Below, one piece after another: positions 9,927 to 19,841 of a DNA stretch of 64,000 nt. The notes under the pieces were generated by a model that made no database searches, was not told the origin of the DNA, and saw only the letters and a program-made list of their open reading frames with translations. The translations under genes were made by a program, and so were the position numbers. This DNA is from Candidatus Dojkabacteria bacterium (GTDB lineage Bacteria > Patescibacteriota > Dojkabacteria > SC72), in assembly GCA_012842045.1 (NCBI GenBank), contig DUTP01000003.1:130532-194531 (forward strand), in the 5' to 3' direction. The stretch's first letter is position 1, and each line of letters opens with the position of its first letter.

Positions 9927-10916
9927 ATGAAAAAACATTACAAAGCACAAGCACTAGCTATCATTATGATAATACTAATAATATCCTCTATGATAGGTTT
10001 TGCTGTATTTGCTAGATCTCAAAAATCAAAGAAAATGGCAATACAAGAAAGAAACTCATCAGAAGCATATCAAGTAGCAGATATGATATTAGATAACCTA
10101 CTATTGAGTACATTGGAACAGTGGTTAGAGGTTGGTGGTATGGTTTTAGGAAAGACCTATGAAGAAACCTATTTTGAAGCTTTTAATAAGCTACCAGACC
10201 CTCCTAAACCTCCTGCTAGTCAATTAATTCTCCCTATTAATGCTGATATGGGTATAGAAGGAAATTATGATATTGGTAGTACTCAGATAACTCAAATAAC
10301 CCAAAAACTAGGACACCCTCTTGATTTACAAGCATTAGACATCTGTCCTTTACAAGAAGGTTTAGATAATAAATATACACTTTCTTTAACAAGAGTTGCC
10401 CCTGGTGATGTAATTACTATAAAACCTGGACAAACATTTTCATTTGTGGTTGATGGTAGTAGTTGTGTTCTTTTCATAACAGTTGAAGAACCAATACACA
10501 GTGATGCTGGCTTAATGGTCAACACCATACACAAAGAAGGTGAGGGAATTAGAGAATATGATTACGATCATACTACAAGTTATAGATTTGATGATACTTA
10601 TGGAAATTTTACTGAGAACTGGACACTATATGACAGGAACAGTAAAATTCAAATACCTCTTCATGGAAGAAATATCTCGGTTGTAGGATTAACAGCAATA
10701 AATAATGAAGTTAATTTTTCGTACCAAGCAGAACAAAATGCTGTACCTGGGGGATCTTGTTCCGATTTTGACATCTACAAACTCCAAGCCTCTGCAACAT
10801 GTGGCGGGACATATAGAGCAAAAGAAGTTATAATCCCAGCAGAGAGATATACCCATTCTATATTCAACTATGTTTTCTTCAACGGATTGGGTAGAATTGG
10901 TACTGATGTACAGTAA
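9927..10916 (+). CDS. PilX-like/type IV pilin-like N-terminal domain protein
   Basis: MKKHYKAQALAIIMIILIISSMIG...EAYQVAD resembles PilX-type prepilin N-terminus; start refined to ATG 9927. Confidence 0.55.
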   Translation: MKKHYKAQALAIIMIILIISSMIGFAVFARSQKSKKMAIQERNSSEAYQVADMILDNLLLSTLEQWLEVGGMVLGKTYEETYFEAFNKLPDPPKPPASQLILPINADMGIEGNYDIGSTQITQITQKLGHPLDLQALDICPLQEGLDNKYTLSLTRVAPGDVITIKPGQTFSFVVDGSSCVLFITVEEPIHSDAGLMVNTIHKEGEGIREYDYDHTTSYRFDDTYGNFTENWTLYDRNSKIQIPLHGRNISVVGLTAINNEVNFSYQAEQNAVPGGSCSDFDIYKLQASATCGGTYRAKEVIIPAERYTHSIFNYVFFNGLGRIGTDVQ

Positions 10917-10933
10917 TATATTATCAACTGCCT

Positions 10934-12655
10934 ATGTATCTTAAAAGAATAATAGTAAAATTCGGGGGTGAAAGTGGACAAGGAATCAATAGTGTTGGCA
11001 CTATCCTAACCAAATCTCTAAACAGAGCAGGCTACTATACTTTCTCCAACCGAGAATACCCATCCTTAATAAAAGGAGGTTTTGCAAACTACCAAATAGA
11101 TATATCAAACAGTAGTATAAATAGTTCTTCATCTAAAACCAACATACTATGTTGTATGTCTGAAAGATCCCTAGAAGAATACATCACAGATGTATTACCT
11201 AACGGAATAGTAATATATGATGGCAAAGAGTTAGAACTAACTCCTAGTGAAGAAGAATATATCAAACAGAATAACATTAAAGTAATCCTCATAGACTCAG
11301 AAGAGATAGCAAAAGAAAACAATGCTCCTCCAATCATGGCAAATGCTGTACTAGCAGGCTTCATATGGAAAATATTAAAACAGAACTTAGAGATACTAAA
11401 TGAAGCAGTAGAAGAGATGTTTGAAGGTAAAAATATAGATATGGATGCAGAGAGAGCCTGTCTACAAGCAGGATATAACTCACCTCTCTATGAACCAACC
11501 TTAAGTGAAGATATTGATATAGAAGAGTTAGAAACCTCAAATAACAGAAAAATGACAATGACAGGAAACGATGCAATTAGTCTAGGAGCACTAGCAGGAG
11601 GCATGAGAGCATTCTTTGGATACCCAATGACACCAGCCACATCCATATTTAAATTCCTAGGAGAAAGTGCCAATGATACTAAAATATTGGTAAAACAAGC
11701 AGAGAATGAGATAACAGCAGTACAAATGACCATGGGAGCTATGTACATGGGAACAAGAGCCATGACAGCCACATCTGGAGGAGGATTTGACCTCATGTGT
11801 GAGACAATATCATGTTCAGGAATGTCTGAAACACCACTAGTCATAGTAGTAGCACAGAGAATAGGGTCAGGTACAGGAGTTCCAACATGGACAGGTAGTG
11901 GAGATATAATAGCAGCAACAAAGATAGCACACGGAGACTTCCCAAGATGTGTAATACAGATTGCAGATGCAAAAAGTGCTTTCACACTCATACAAAAAGC
12001 TTTCAATATTGCAGACAAATACCAACTACCTGTAATTGTATTAACAGAAAAACAAATAGCAGAAGGACTCTTCTCATTAGATGCACTACCACCTAATGAA
12101 AGAATTGAAAGAGGACTACAACATGGAGAAAAGAGATACCAACTAACTACAGATGGAATATCACCAAGATGGATACCATCAAAAAATCAAAAACCATACC
12201 TACACACCAGTGATGAACATACAGAAGAAGGTTACTCAACAGAAAATGCTCAAAAAGTATGGGAAATGAGTAAAAAAAGAACAAAGAAGTTAGAAAAACT
12301 AAAAGCAGAAATACCAGAACCAGAATATTTTGGTAGCCTAGATGCCACAACTATACTAGTAGGCTCAGGAAATACTAAAAACCCCGTTCTTGATATTATA
12401 AACACCTCTCTCTCTAATGAAGATATTGGATATCTCCACTATGAATACATATACCCAGTTAAAACAGAAAGACTAAAAGAATTAATAGCACAAGGAAAAA
12501 GATTAATACTAATTGAAAACAATGAAACAGGACAACTAGGAAAGCTACTAACAGAAGAAACAGGATACAAGTTTAATGAAAAACTACTAAAATTCGATGG
12601 AAGACCATTCTTCATCGAAGACATACTTAACTATTTAGAAAAAAAGGAGGTATAG
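10934..12655 (+). CDS. 2-oxoacid:ferredoxin oxidoreductase alpha subunit (fused gamma-alpha)
   Basis: GGESGQG, EYPSLIKGG, GYPMTPAT, QAENE, ATSGGGFDLM.E, HGDFPR. Confidence 0.93.
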   Translation: MYLKRIIVKFGGESGQGINSVGTILTKSLNRAGYYTFSNREYPSLIKGGFANYQIDISNSSINSSSSKTNILCCMSERSLEEYITDVLPNGIVIYDGKELELTPSEEEYIKQNNIKVILIDSEEIAKENNAPPIMANAVLAGFIWKILKQNLEILNEAVEEMFEGKNIDMDAERACLQAGYNSPLYEPTLSEDIDIEELETSNNRKMTMTGNDAISLGALAGGMRAFFGYPMTPATSIFKFLGESANDTKILVKQAENEITAVQMTMGAMYMGTRAMTATSGGGFDLMCETISCSGMSETPLVIVVAQRIGSGTGVPTWTGSGDIIAATKIAHGDFPRCVIQIADAKSAFTLIQKAFNIADKYQLPVIVLTEKQIAEGLFSLDALPPNERIERGLQHGEKRYQLTTDGISPRWIPSKNQKPYLHTSDEHTEEGYSTENAQKVWEMSKKRTKKLEKLKAEIPEPEYFGSLDATTILVGSGNTKNPVLDIINTSLSNEDIGYLHYEYIYPVKTERLKELIAQGKRLILIENNETGQLGKLLTEETGYKFNEKLLKFDGRPFFIEDILNYLEKKEV

Positions 12656-12657
12656 GT

Positions 12658-13527
12658 ATGGATATCAATATATACAATACAGAAAGAAAACCTACATGGT
12701 GCCCAGGATGTGGAAACTTTGCTATCCATGTAGCACTTAAAAAAGCTTTAGCTGAATTAAATATCTCACCATCAGAAGCATTCATATCTTTTGATATTGG
12801 ATGTAATGGAAATGGTGCAGACACAGTAAATACATATGCATTCAAAGGATTACATGGAAGAGCAGTTGCATTAGCTACAGGAGCACACTTAGCAAACAGA
12901 AAATATACTGTCATTGCAGACCAAGGAGATGGAGCATGCTTCCATGAGGGTATAGATCACTTAATCAATGCTATCAAATCCAACTATGATATGACCATTC
13001 TAATTCATGACAATCAAAACTTTGCACTAACTACTGGACAAGCAACAGTAACAACCAAACAAGGAAAAAAGATGTATGCACTACCAGAAGGAAAACCTGA
13101 AAGAGATTTAGATGTTAATCACTTCATACTCTCTCTAAAGCCATCTTTCTTTGCAAAAGCATACAGTGGAGACCCACAACAACTAACAGAGATAATAAAG
13201 GAGGGGATAGAACATAAAGGATGCAGTGTAATACAGATTGCTCAAAGCTGTCCAACATACAATAAAGAGTGCACTCCACAATGGTTTAATGAACACATTG
13301 TTAAGCTGGAAACTCTACAAGAGTATGATAAAACATCAATTGATGATGCTCTAAGGTTAGCAAAAGATATGTCCCAAACAGGTAAAATATATACAGGTAT
13401 AATACATCAGGATAACACCATTCCTACCTTCTACGATAGACTACAAAGTCGAAAAGGGATACAATCAGAGCTTGTTGATGAAGTAAGGGAATATGATATA
13501 AGAGGACTTTTAAAATATTGTAACTAA
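12658..13527 (+). CDS. 2-oxoacid:ferredoxin oxidoreductase beta subunit (TPP-binding)
   Basis: TWCPGCGNF, DIGC, LHGRA, GDG...NQNFALTTGQ, CPTYN; SD AAGGAGG upstream. Confidence 0.93.
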   Translation: MDINIYNTERKPTWCPGCGNFAIHVALKKALAELNISPSEAFISFDIGCNGNGADTVNTYAFKGLHGRAVALATGAHLANRKYTVIADQGDGACFHEGIDHLINAIKSNYDMTILIHDNQNFALTTGQATVTTKQGKKMYALPEGKPERDLDVNHFILSLKPSFFAKAYSGDPQQLTEIIKEGIEHKGCSVIQIAQSCPTYNKECTPQWFNEHIVKLETLQEYDKTSIDDALRLAKDMSQTGKIYTGIIHQDNTIPTFYDRLQSRKGIQSELVDEVREYDIRGLLKYCN

Positions 13528-13535
13528 CAAAACAT

Positions 13536-15644
13536 ATGGAAGAAACACTATCACCAAAATCTATTGCTATCATCGGAGTCTCCCAAGACAGCGAAAAAGT
13601 TGGAGCAGTTCTACTAAGAAATCTAATTGAAGGAGGATACAATGGAAAGATATATCCAATAAATCCTAAATACGATGTACTACAAGAAAGAAAAGCATAT
13701 CCTTCAATCTTAGAGATAGAAGAAAATGTAGATTTAGCATGTATTGCTCTCCCATATCAAATGGTAGAAGAATCAGTAGACCAATGTATTGAGAAAAAAG
13801 TAAAAACAGTCCTTATCATCTCTGCAGGATTTGGAGAAACTGGTACAGAAGGTAGAGAACTAGAAGAGAGAATTACAAACAAACTAAAGAATGCAAAGAT
13901 TAGATTAATTGGACCAAACTGTCTTGGCTTTATCAACAACAAAGCAAATATTAATCTAACATTTGCTAAAGAGAATGCACCAGATGGAAATGTAGCATTC
14001 ATATCACAATCTGGAGCATTCTGTACAGCAGTATTAGATATGGCAAATGAAGGAAATTCAGGCTTCTCACATGTCATATCTGTTGGGAATAAAGCAGATA
14101 TCAATGAAAATGAATTAATACCATACTTTATTTCTCATCCAGAAGTAAAAGCAATAGCAATATATCTAGAAGAATTCTCTGATGGAAAAGAATTTGTATC
14201 AATAGTACAGAGATCCAAGAAACCAATATTACTAATAGCACCTGGAAGCTCTGAGAAATCAAAAGAAGCTATATCATCACACACAGGTTCTCTAGCATCC
14301 TCATATGATACCGTACTAGCAGCTGTTAAGAAAGCAAATATTATACTAGCTGAAAACTCAGAAGAACTATACAAATTAATAGAATTAGTAGATTATGCAA
14401 GTTTTCCAAAAGGTAAAAAGGTTGCAATAGTTTCAAATGCAGGTGGTCCAGGTATAACAGCTGTTGACTGTGCAGAGAATGAAGAACTAGAAATTACAGA
14501 ACTAGGCGAGAAAACACAAGCAAAACTAAAAAGAGAATTACCTGTTGAGGCATCTATTAAAAATCCAATCGATATACTTGGAGATGCTAAAAGTGATAGA
14601 TTTGCTAATAGTATAAAGATAGTGTTAGAAGATATTGATGTAGACTGTGTATTAGTACTTCTTACACCACAGTTAATGACAGAAGTGGAAGAAACATCCA
14701 GAGCAATAAATGAGATAGTGTCTCAATCACCAAAACCTATCTTTGCCTGCTATCTAGGAGGAAAGGAAGTTAAGAAAGGTTTTAAGATTCTAGATGAGCA
14801 GAAAACACCATGGTTTAATGATGTACAAGAAGCAATGCATCTAATTGCTAAACTAGTTAACTTTGAATTAGGAAGAGACCTAAACAAACCAATAGATGCT
14901 GGTAAGTTCCTTAAAAAGACTAGAAACAAGAGAGAGATTCTTGAGTATGTTGAGAATACAGATGAAGTTGTAGTATTACCTGATTCTTTAGCCATTAGCA
15001 TTATGAGCGAATTCTGGATAGATTATCCTAAACAACTTGTTACTAGTAGTTTAGAAGAAGCAAGAGATTTTGCATCAACAATCTTCCCTGTAGCAATCAA
15101 AGCAACAGCAGATGACTTGGCACACAAGACAGATTACAAAGCTCTCTATCTTGATATACGAACAATAACTGAGTTTGAAGAGAAGTTTGAGGAGTTAAGA
15201 GAAACCATAATGAAGATAACTGGTAATCCTGCACCTAACATCCTTATTCAAGAAATGATTGAAGCTAATTTAGAAATATTCATAGGTGCAAATAGGGAAG
15301 GAGATAGTCATATTTATGAGAAAGATGGAGTAGGGTTTGGTCACTTACTAGCTGTAGGAAAAGGTGGTATATATACAGAAGTTTACAAAGATATTAAGCA
15401 TATCTTAATACCAGAAAGAAGAGAGAAAGTAGATGCAATACTATCTGAAACAAATGTATCTAAGATAATTGATGGATACAGAGGTAAACCTAAGTTAGCA
15501 AGAGAGAAATTGATAGATTTGATAATGAAGATACAGAGTATGCTTGTAACATATCCTGAGATTGTTTCTATGGATATCAATCCTGTTATGTTAAATGAAG
15601 AGAGAGCTGTTGTTGTAGATATTAAGTTGTATGCTAAGAAGTAA
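13536..15644 (+). CDS. acetate--CoA ligase (ADP-forming), fused alpha-beta
   Basis: PKSIAIIGVS, GPNCLG, SQSGA, SHTGSLA, SNAGGPG, NPIDILGDA, HKTD, DINPV. Confidence 0.9.
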   Translation: MEETLSPKSIAIIGVSQDSEKVGAVLLRNLIEGGYNGKIYPINPKYDVLQERKAYPSILEIEENVDLACIALPYQMVEESVDQCIEKKVKTVLIISAGFGETGTEGRELEERITNKLKNAKIRLIGPNCLGFINNKANINLTFAKENAPDGNVAFISQSGAFCTAVLDMANEGNSGFSHVISVGNKADINENELIPYFISHPEVKAIAIYLEEFSDGKEFVSIVQRSKKPILLIAPGSSEKSKEAISSHTGSLASSYDTVLAAVKKANIILAENSEELYKLIELVDYASFPKGKKVAIVSNAGGPGITAVDCAENEELEITELGEKTQAKLKRELPVEASIKNPIDILGDAKSDRFANSIKIVLEDIDVDCVLVLLTPQLMTEVEETSRAINEIVSQSPKPIFACYLGGKEVKKGFKILDEQKTPWFNDVQEAMHLIAKLVNFELGRDLNKPIDAGKFLKKTRNKREILEYVENTDEVVVLPDSLAISIMSEFWIDYPKQLVTSSLEEARDFASTIFPVAIKATADDLAHKTDYKALYLDIRTITEFEEKFEELRETIMKITGNPAPNILIQEMIEANLEIFIGANREGDSHIYEKDGVGFGHLLAVGKGGIYTEVYKDIKHILIPERREKVDAILSETNVSKIIDGYRGKPKLAREKLIDLIMKIQSMLVTYPEIVSMDINPVMLNEERAVVVDIKLYAKK

Positions 15645-15653
15645 CTTTAAAGA

Positions 15654-16091
15654 CTAGTAAGTTTCTCTATCTGTAGTAAGATACTCATCATAGAGTTCTT
15701 GGCATTCTTCCTGATTTATTTGTTCCTCCACATAGTTCTCACTATTACCACTCATCTCATTAAAACCTATCCTTCTTGCATCCTCATAATCACAACCATA
15801 ATACACTCTTTCTATCTTTGCCCACTGTATAGCACCCTTACACATTGGACAAGGTTTGCCTGTTGTATACAACTCACAACCTGAAAGGTCATGTGTATTT
15901 AATTTCTCACTTGCTTCTCTAATTGCTTGAATCTCTGCATGAGAAGTAGGGTCATCTTCTTTCAACACCTCATTATGTGCTGAAGCAATCACCTCACCAT
16001 CCTTTACGATAACGGCACCAAAAGGACCTCCATGACCTCTCTGCATACCCTCTCTAGCCTTGTATATAGCTAACTGCATAAAAGGATTCAT
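15654..16091 (-). CDS. nucleoside/guanine deaminase (cytidine deaminase fold)
   Basis: GGPFGAVIV, HAE, PCPMC. Confidence 0.85.
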   Translation of the reverse strand: MNPFMQLAIYKAREGMQRGHGGPFGAVIVKDGEVIASAHNEVLKEDDPTSHAEIQAIREASEKLNTHDLSGCELYTTGKPCPMCKGAIQWAKIERVYYGCDYEDARRIGFNEMSGNSENYVEEQINQEECQELYDEYLTTDRETY

Positions 16092-16942
16092 TAGAATTTC
16101 CTCTCAAAATTAATACCATCTGCATGAGCTTTCAATCCTGTTCTACCTAAATCTTTTTCATATCTTCTTGCATAATCTCTGTATTTAAACACCTTCTTTC
16201 TTCTTTGCGTTAATGATTTTTCACTAATCATAGCAGGACCATTAATACAACCTCCATCACAGTTAAGAATATCTAAAAACTTGTAATGCTTGTATACACC
16301 ATCCTTAAACTTATCAAATACTGGCATGAGATTGTTAAGTCCCTCCATTACCAATATCTCTCTCTTTTTGAGAATATGTCTGTAGTTTAAAGTATCAGAG
16401 AGACCTCCAGAAACAGGATATATTTTGGTATAGTCATTGTACAATTTATCAAACCCAATACAATACTTACCTTCCTCTATCTCCTCTGGAATATCTTTCT
16501 CTTTAAAGAGTTGTTCTAATTCTACAAATGTAAGCACATGATCTACCAATCCTGTTTCTCCTGCTTCCATCTTCTTAGTCATGCATGGACCGATAAATAC
16601 AATCTTGTGCTTAGGATGCATCTTCTTAGCAATGAGAGCCATACAACCCATTGGAGAGTGTGAAGGAACTAGATTCTCAACCAAGTGAGGATACTTTACT
16701 CTAATGAAGTTAACAATAGTAGGACACGGACTAGCAATCCATGTTTTCTTCTCTCCTTTAGCAATACTTTCTTTAATAATGTTGTAGTAGGTAAGATTGG
16801 TCATCTTAGCACCAAATGTTACCTCCATCACCTTATCAAACCCTAGCTTCCTTAATCTGTATACAATATCAGGATAGGGGTACTCAGTTATGAAAGATGG
16901 AGCTAATAGACAGATATATTTTTCACCTTTTTTAAATTCCAT
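16091..16942 (-). CDS. minimal [FeFe]-hydrogenase H-domain-only protein
   Basis: LAPSF, EVTFGA, ASPCP (L1), GPCMTKKME (L2), DILNCDGGCINGP (L3); 283 aa, no accessory ferredoxin domain. Confidence 0.8.
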   Translation of the reverse strand: MEFKKGEKYICLLAPSFITEYPYPDIVYRLRKLGFDKVMEVTFGAKMTNLTYYNIIKESIAKGEKKTWIASPCPTIVNFIRVKYPHLVENLVPSHSPMGCMALIAKKMHPKHKIVFIGPCMTKKMEAGETGLVDHVLTFVELEQLFKEKDIPEEIEEGKYCIGFDKLYNDYTKIYPVSGGLSDTLNYRHILKKREILVMEGLNNLMPVFDKFKDGVYKHYKFLDILNCDGGCINGPAMISEKSLTQRRKKVFKYRDYARRYEKDLGRTGLKAHADGINFERKF

Positions 16943-17065
16943 AGATAAAATATACTACAAAAAAGTAAAGCAAGCAAAAAGAGAATAAAGAAACAGAATA
17001 ACTATCCATTTTACATTCTATGATAAAATGAATATAGAAAAGTTTTAAATTAAGTTAGTAATAAT

Positions 17066-17752
17066 ATGGGAATAGAACCAATATATTGGATGTTTGCAAT
17101 ACCAGGACTTCTTCTTTCAATCTTTGCACAGATATATGTAAAAACAACATTTAATAAATACTCTAAAGAAGATGCAGAAAGTGGTAAAACAGGACTAGAT
17201 GCAGCAGAAGAGATTAAAAAAGGAGAAAACTTCTCTGTTGATATATTACCTAATAGACAACCAATGGGGGATTACTTTGATCCAACACAAAACATAGTTG
17301 CTATATCTTCAGAAAATGTGTCTTCTAAATCAGTTTCAAATATAGCTGTTGTAGCTCATGAGATGGGACATGTACAACAGAAATTCTCAGCATCTGGTAT
17401 TTACAACTTTAGAAGAACACTTGTACCGATAACAAATATTGGAACAAACATAGGATATATACTCTTCTTTGCGGGACTCTTCCTAACACAATTCAAATTA
17501 GCACAACTTGGTTTAATACTCTTCTCAACAGGTGTTCTTTTCTCTCTCATTACAATACCTGTAGAATTAGATGCAAGTAAGAGGGGGATGAAGTTCATAG
17601 AGAAGTATAACCTCATAACAGAAGGAAAAAGAGATGGTGCTAGAAAGGTATTAAATGCAGCAGCACTAACATACTTTGCTGGATTAGTTTCTTCAATCCT
17701 AAACCTAATGTACTATGCAAGCTTGCTAAACAGTAGACAAAAGAGAAGATAA
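17066..17752 (+). CDS. membrane zinc metallopeptidase (YugP/Zn_peptidase_2 family)
   Basis: DYFDP, AHEMGH, LITIPVELDASKR, VLNAAALTY. Confidence 0.9.
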   Translation: MGIEPIYWMFAIPGLLLSIFAQIYVKTTFNKYSKEDAESGKTGLDAAEEIKKGENFSVDILPNRQPMGDYFDPTQNIVAISSENVSSKSVSNIAVVAHEMGHVQQKFSASGIYNFRRTLVPITNIGTNIGYILFFAGLFLTQFKLAQLGLILFSTGVLFSLITIPVELDASKRGMKFIEKYNLITEGKRDGARKVLNAAALTYFAGLVSSILNLMYYASLLNSRQKRR

Positions 17753-17805
17753 GTATCTTGACTGTTTCTGTATATCCTGTAATATGTAAACAGGGATATT
17801 TAATA

Positions 17806-17930
17806 TAAAAGCGTATGGGTAGTCTTAAGGAAACTACTACGAGGTGAAGGTTATCGAACTATCAGCGGACACCTTCAGGTCATACTGTTGACCTAAAAGT
17901 TACTACAATTCCAAAAAGTAACTAACAGTT
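17806..17930 (+). ncRNA. glmS ribozyme (GlcN6P-activated riboswitch-ribozyme), divergent
   Basis: AGCG cleavage motif (A17810/G17811), P1 GGUAGU/ACUACU, core ACGAGG-UGAAGGU-UAUCGAA..UCAGCGG-ACACCUUCA, P3 GGUCA/UGACC, P4 AGUUAC/GUAACU, pseudoknot ACUGU/ACAGU; directly upstream of glmS. Confidence 0.85.
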
Positions 17931-17958
17931 CCCAAATTTAAAATAACTATGTAAAGAT

Positions 17959-19740
17959 ATGTGTGGCATATTTGGATATTCTGGAACTAAAGAGTGTAAT
18001 GATATGATTTTTGAAGGTTTAAAAAGATTAGAATACAGAGGGTATGACTCATGGGGTATTGCAATATTAGGAAAAGATCAAATATATCAATACAAAGATA
18101 TCGGTGAAATCAAAGAACATGATGCTTTCAAGAAACTACCAAAAGGCACTGTTGGGATTGGGCATACTAGATGGGCTACACATGGTGGTGTAACGAAAAT
18201 AAATACACATCCTCACATTTCAACAAGAGGTGATTTTACTCTTGTACAGAATGGTATAGTGGAAAACTTTGCTGAATTAAAAGAAAAATTAATTAAAAAA
18301 GGTGTTAAATTTATCTCACAAACAGATACAGAGGTAATTGTAAGACTAATAGAGGAAGAATTAGATAAGATGTCTCTCAAAGAAGCTATCATTCATGTTT
18401 TCAAAAAGTTAGAAGGTAGGAATACAGTAGCTGTATTAAGTCATAAAGATAGAAAGATATATGCCCTTAGAAATGGGTCTCCACTAGTTGCTGGTATTGC
18501 TAAAGATGGTATATATCTAGCTTCAGACACACTCTCTTTCTCACCAGCAACCAACAAAGCTGTATTACTAGAAAACTACGATATGGTAGAGATTGATGGT
18601 AAGGATATTGAAATATTTAATATTCTTGAAAACAGAAAGAAAAAGGTTGAGATAAAGGAGTTGAAGTATCAATACAACAAGATAGAGAAGGGGAAGTTTG
18701 ACCATTTTATGATAAAGGAAATAGTTGACCAGAAAGAGACATTACTTTTTGCAACAAACTATACAGAGAAAGATTTAGAACCGTTAGTTGAAGAGATTAA
18801 GAAAGGAAAGAAAGTATATCTAGTAGGTGCTGGTACTGCTGGTTTTGCAGCAGGACAGACAGCATATTTCTTAAGGAATATTGCTAATATTGATGCTCAA
18901 GAGATTAAGAGTTATGAATTTAAATCTTACCTACCTATTGTTAAAAAAGGAGATATTGTAATTGCATTTTCACAAAGTGGTGAGACAGCAGATACAATTG
19001 AAGCTATTGAACAGATGAAAGAGAAGGGGTGTAAGGTAGCAAGTATTGTTAATATGCATGCTACTGCTATGAGTATGCTTTCTGATTTTGAATATTACAC
19101 AAATTCAGGTCCTGAGATATGTGTAGCATCTACAAAAGTATTTACAGCACAGTGTGCATGGGGTTATCTCTTAGCTATGAGTGTTGTAGGGAAATACAGA
19201 ACAGCTAAAAAGAATATTAAAGAGGTATCTAAGGAGATAGTAAAGCTATTTACAGAGAAGAGTTTTAAAAATATTAAAGATATTTCAAACTACATGGTAA
19301 AGAAAGATAGTGCTTTTATCCTAGGTAAAGGAGAGAATGCATTTATTGCACTTGAAGGAGCTCTTAAGATTAAGGAGATATCATACAAGCATGTTGAGGG
19401 TTTTGCAGCAGGAGAACTTAAGCATGGTGTGATTGCATTGATAGAGAAGGGGACCGTTGTATTTGGTATTATTCCATCAAAGGAGAGTGAGGATAGTGCA
19501 GATCTTATCAGTGCTATGGAACAAGTAAAGACAAGAGGTGCTTTTACTGTAGGTATTGGTAGTAAGGATTTTAGTAAGATGGAGGTATTTGATAGGTATG
19601 TTGAGACACCACAGGTTGGTAATATTTCTAGTATTAGTAATGCTATACCATTCCAATTAATTTCGTATTTCCTATCTGTTAAGTTAGGGAATAATGTGGA
19701 TAGACCTAGAAATTTAGCTAAGTCTGTTACGGTTAAGTAA
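17959..19740 (+). CDS. glmS: glutamine--fructose-6-phosphate aminotransferase
   Basis: MCGIFG, LEYRGYDS, GHTRWATHG, SQSGETADT, VASTK, GELKHG, PRNLAKSVTV. Confidence 0.97.
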   Translation: MCGIFGYSGTKECNDMIFEGLKRLEYRGYDSWGIAILGKDQIYQYKDIGEIKEHDAFKKLPKGTVGIGHTRWATHGGVTKINTHPHISTRGDFTLVQNGIVENFAELKEKLIKKGVKFISQTDTEVIVRLIEEELDKMSLKEAIIHVFKKLEGRNTVAVLSHKDRKIYALRNGSPLVAGIAKDGIYLASDTLSFSPATNKAVLLENYDMVEIDGKDIEIFNILENRKKKVEIKELKYQYNKIEKGKFDHFMIKEIVDQKETLLFATNYTEKDLEPLVEEIKKGKKVYLVGAGTAGFAAGQTAYFLRNIANIDAQEIKSYEFKSYLPIVKKGDIVIAFSQSGETADTIEAIEQMKEKGCKVASIVNMHATAMSMLSDFEYYTNSGPEICVASTKVFTAQCAWGYLLAMSVVGKYRTAKKNIKEVSKEIVKLFTEKSFKNIKDISNYMVKKDSAFILGKGENAFIALEGALKIKEISYKHVEGFAAGELKHGVIALIEKGTVVFGIIPSKESEDSADLISAMEQVKTRGAFTVGIGSKDFSKMEVFDRYVETPQVGNISSISNAIPFQLISYFLSVKLGNNVDRPRNLAKSVTVK

Positions 19741-19746
19741 GTTTAT

Positions 19747-19810
19747 AAAGAGAAGGTGTCTTTTACATAGTTTTCACATATTTTTGTTAAAAGACACCCA
19801 TCTTCCTTTA
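19747..19810. terminator. hairpin between convergent glmS and orphan gene
   Basis: GGTGTCTTTT...AAAAGACACC stem flanked by AAAG/CTTT. Confidence 0.5.
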
Positions 19811-19841
19811 GGTTGTGGTTTCAAAGCAACGAGTTAATGAA

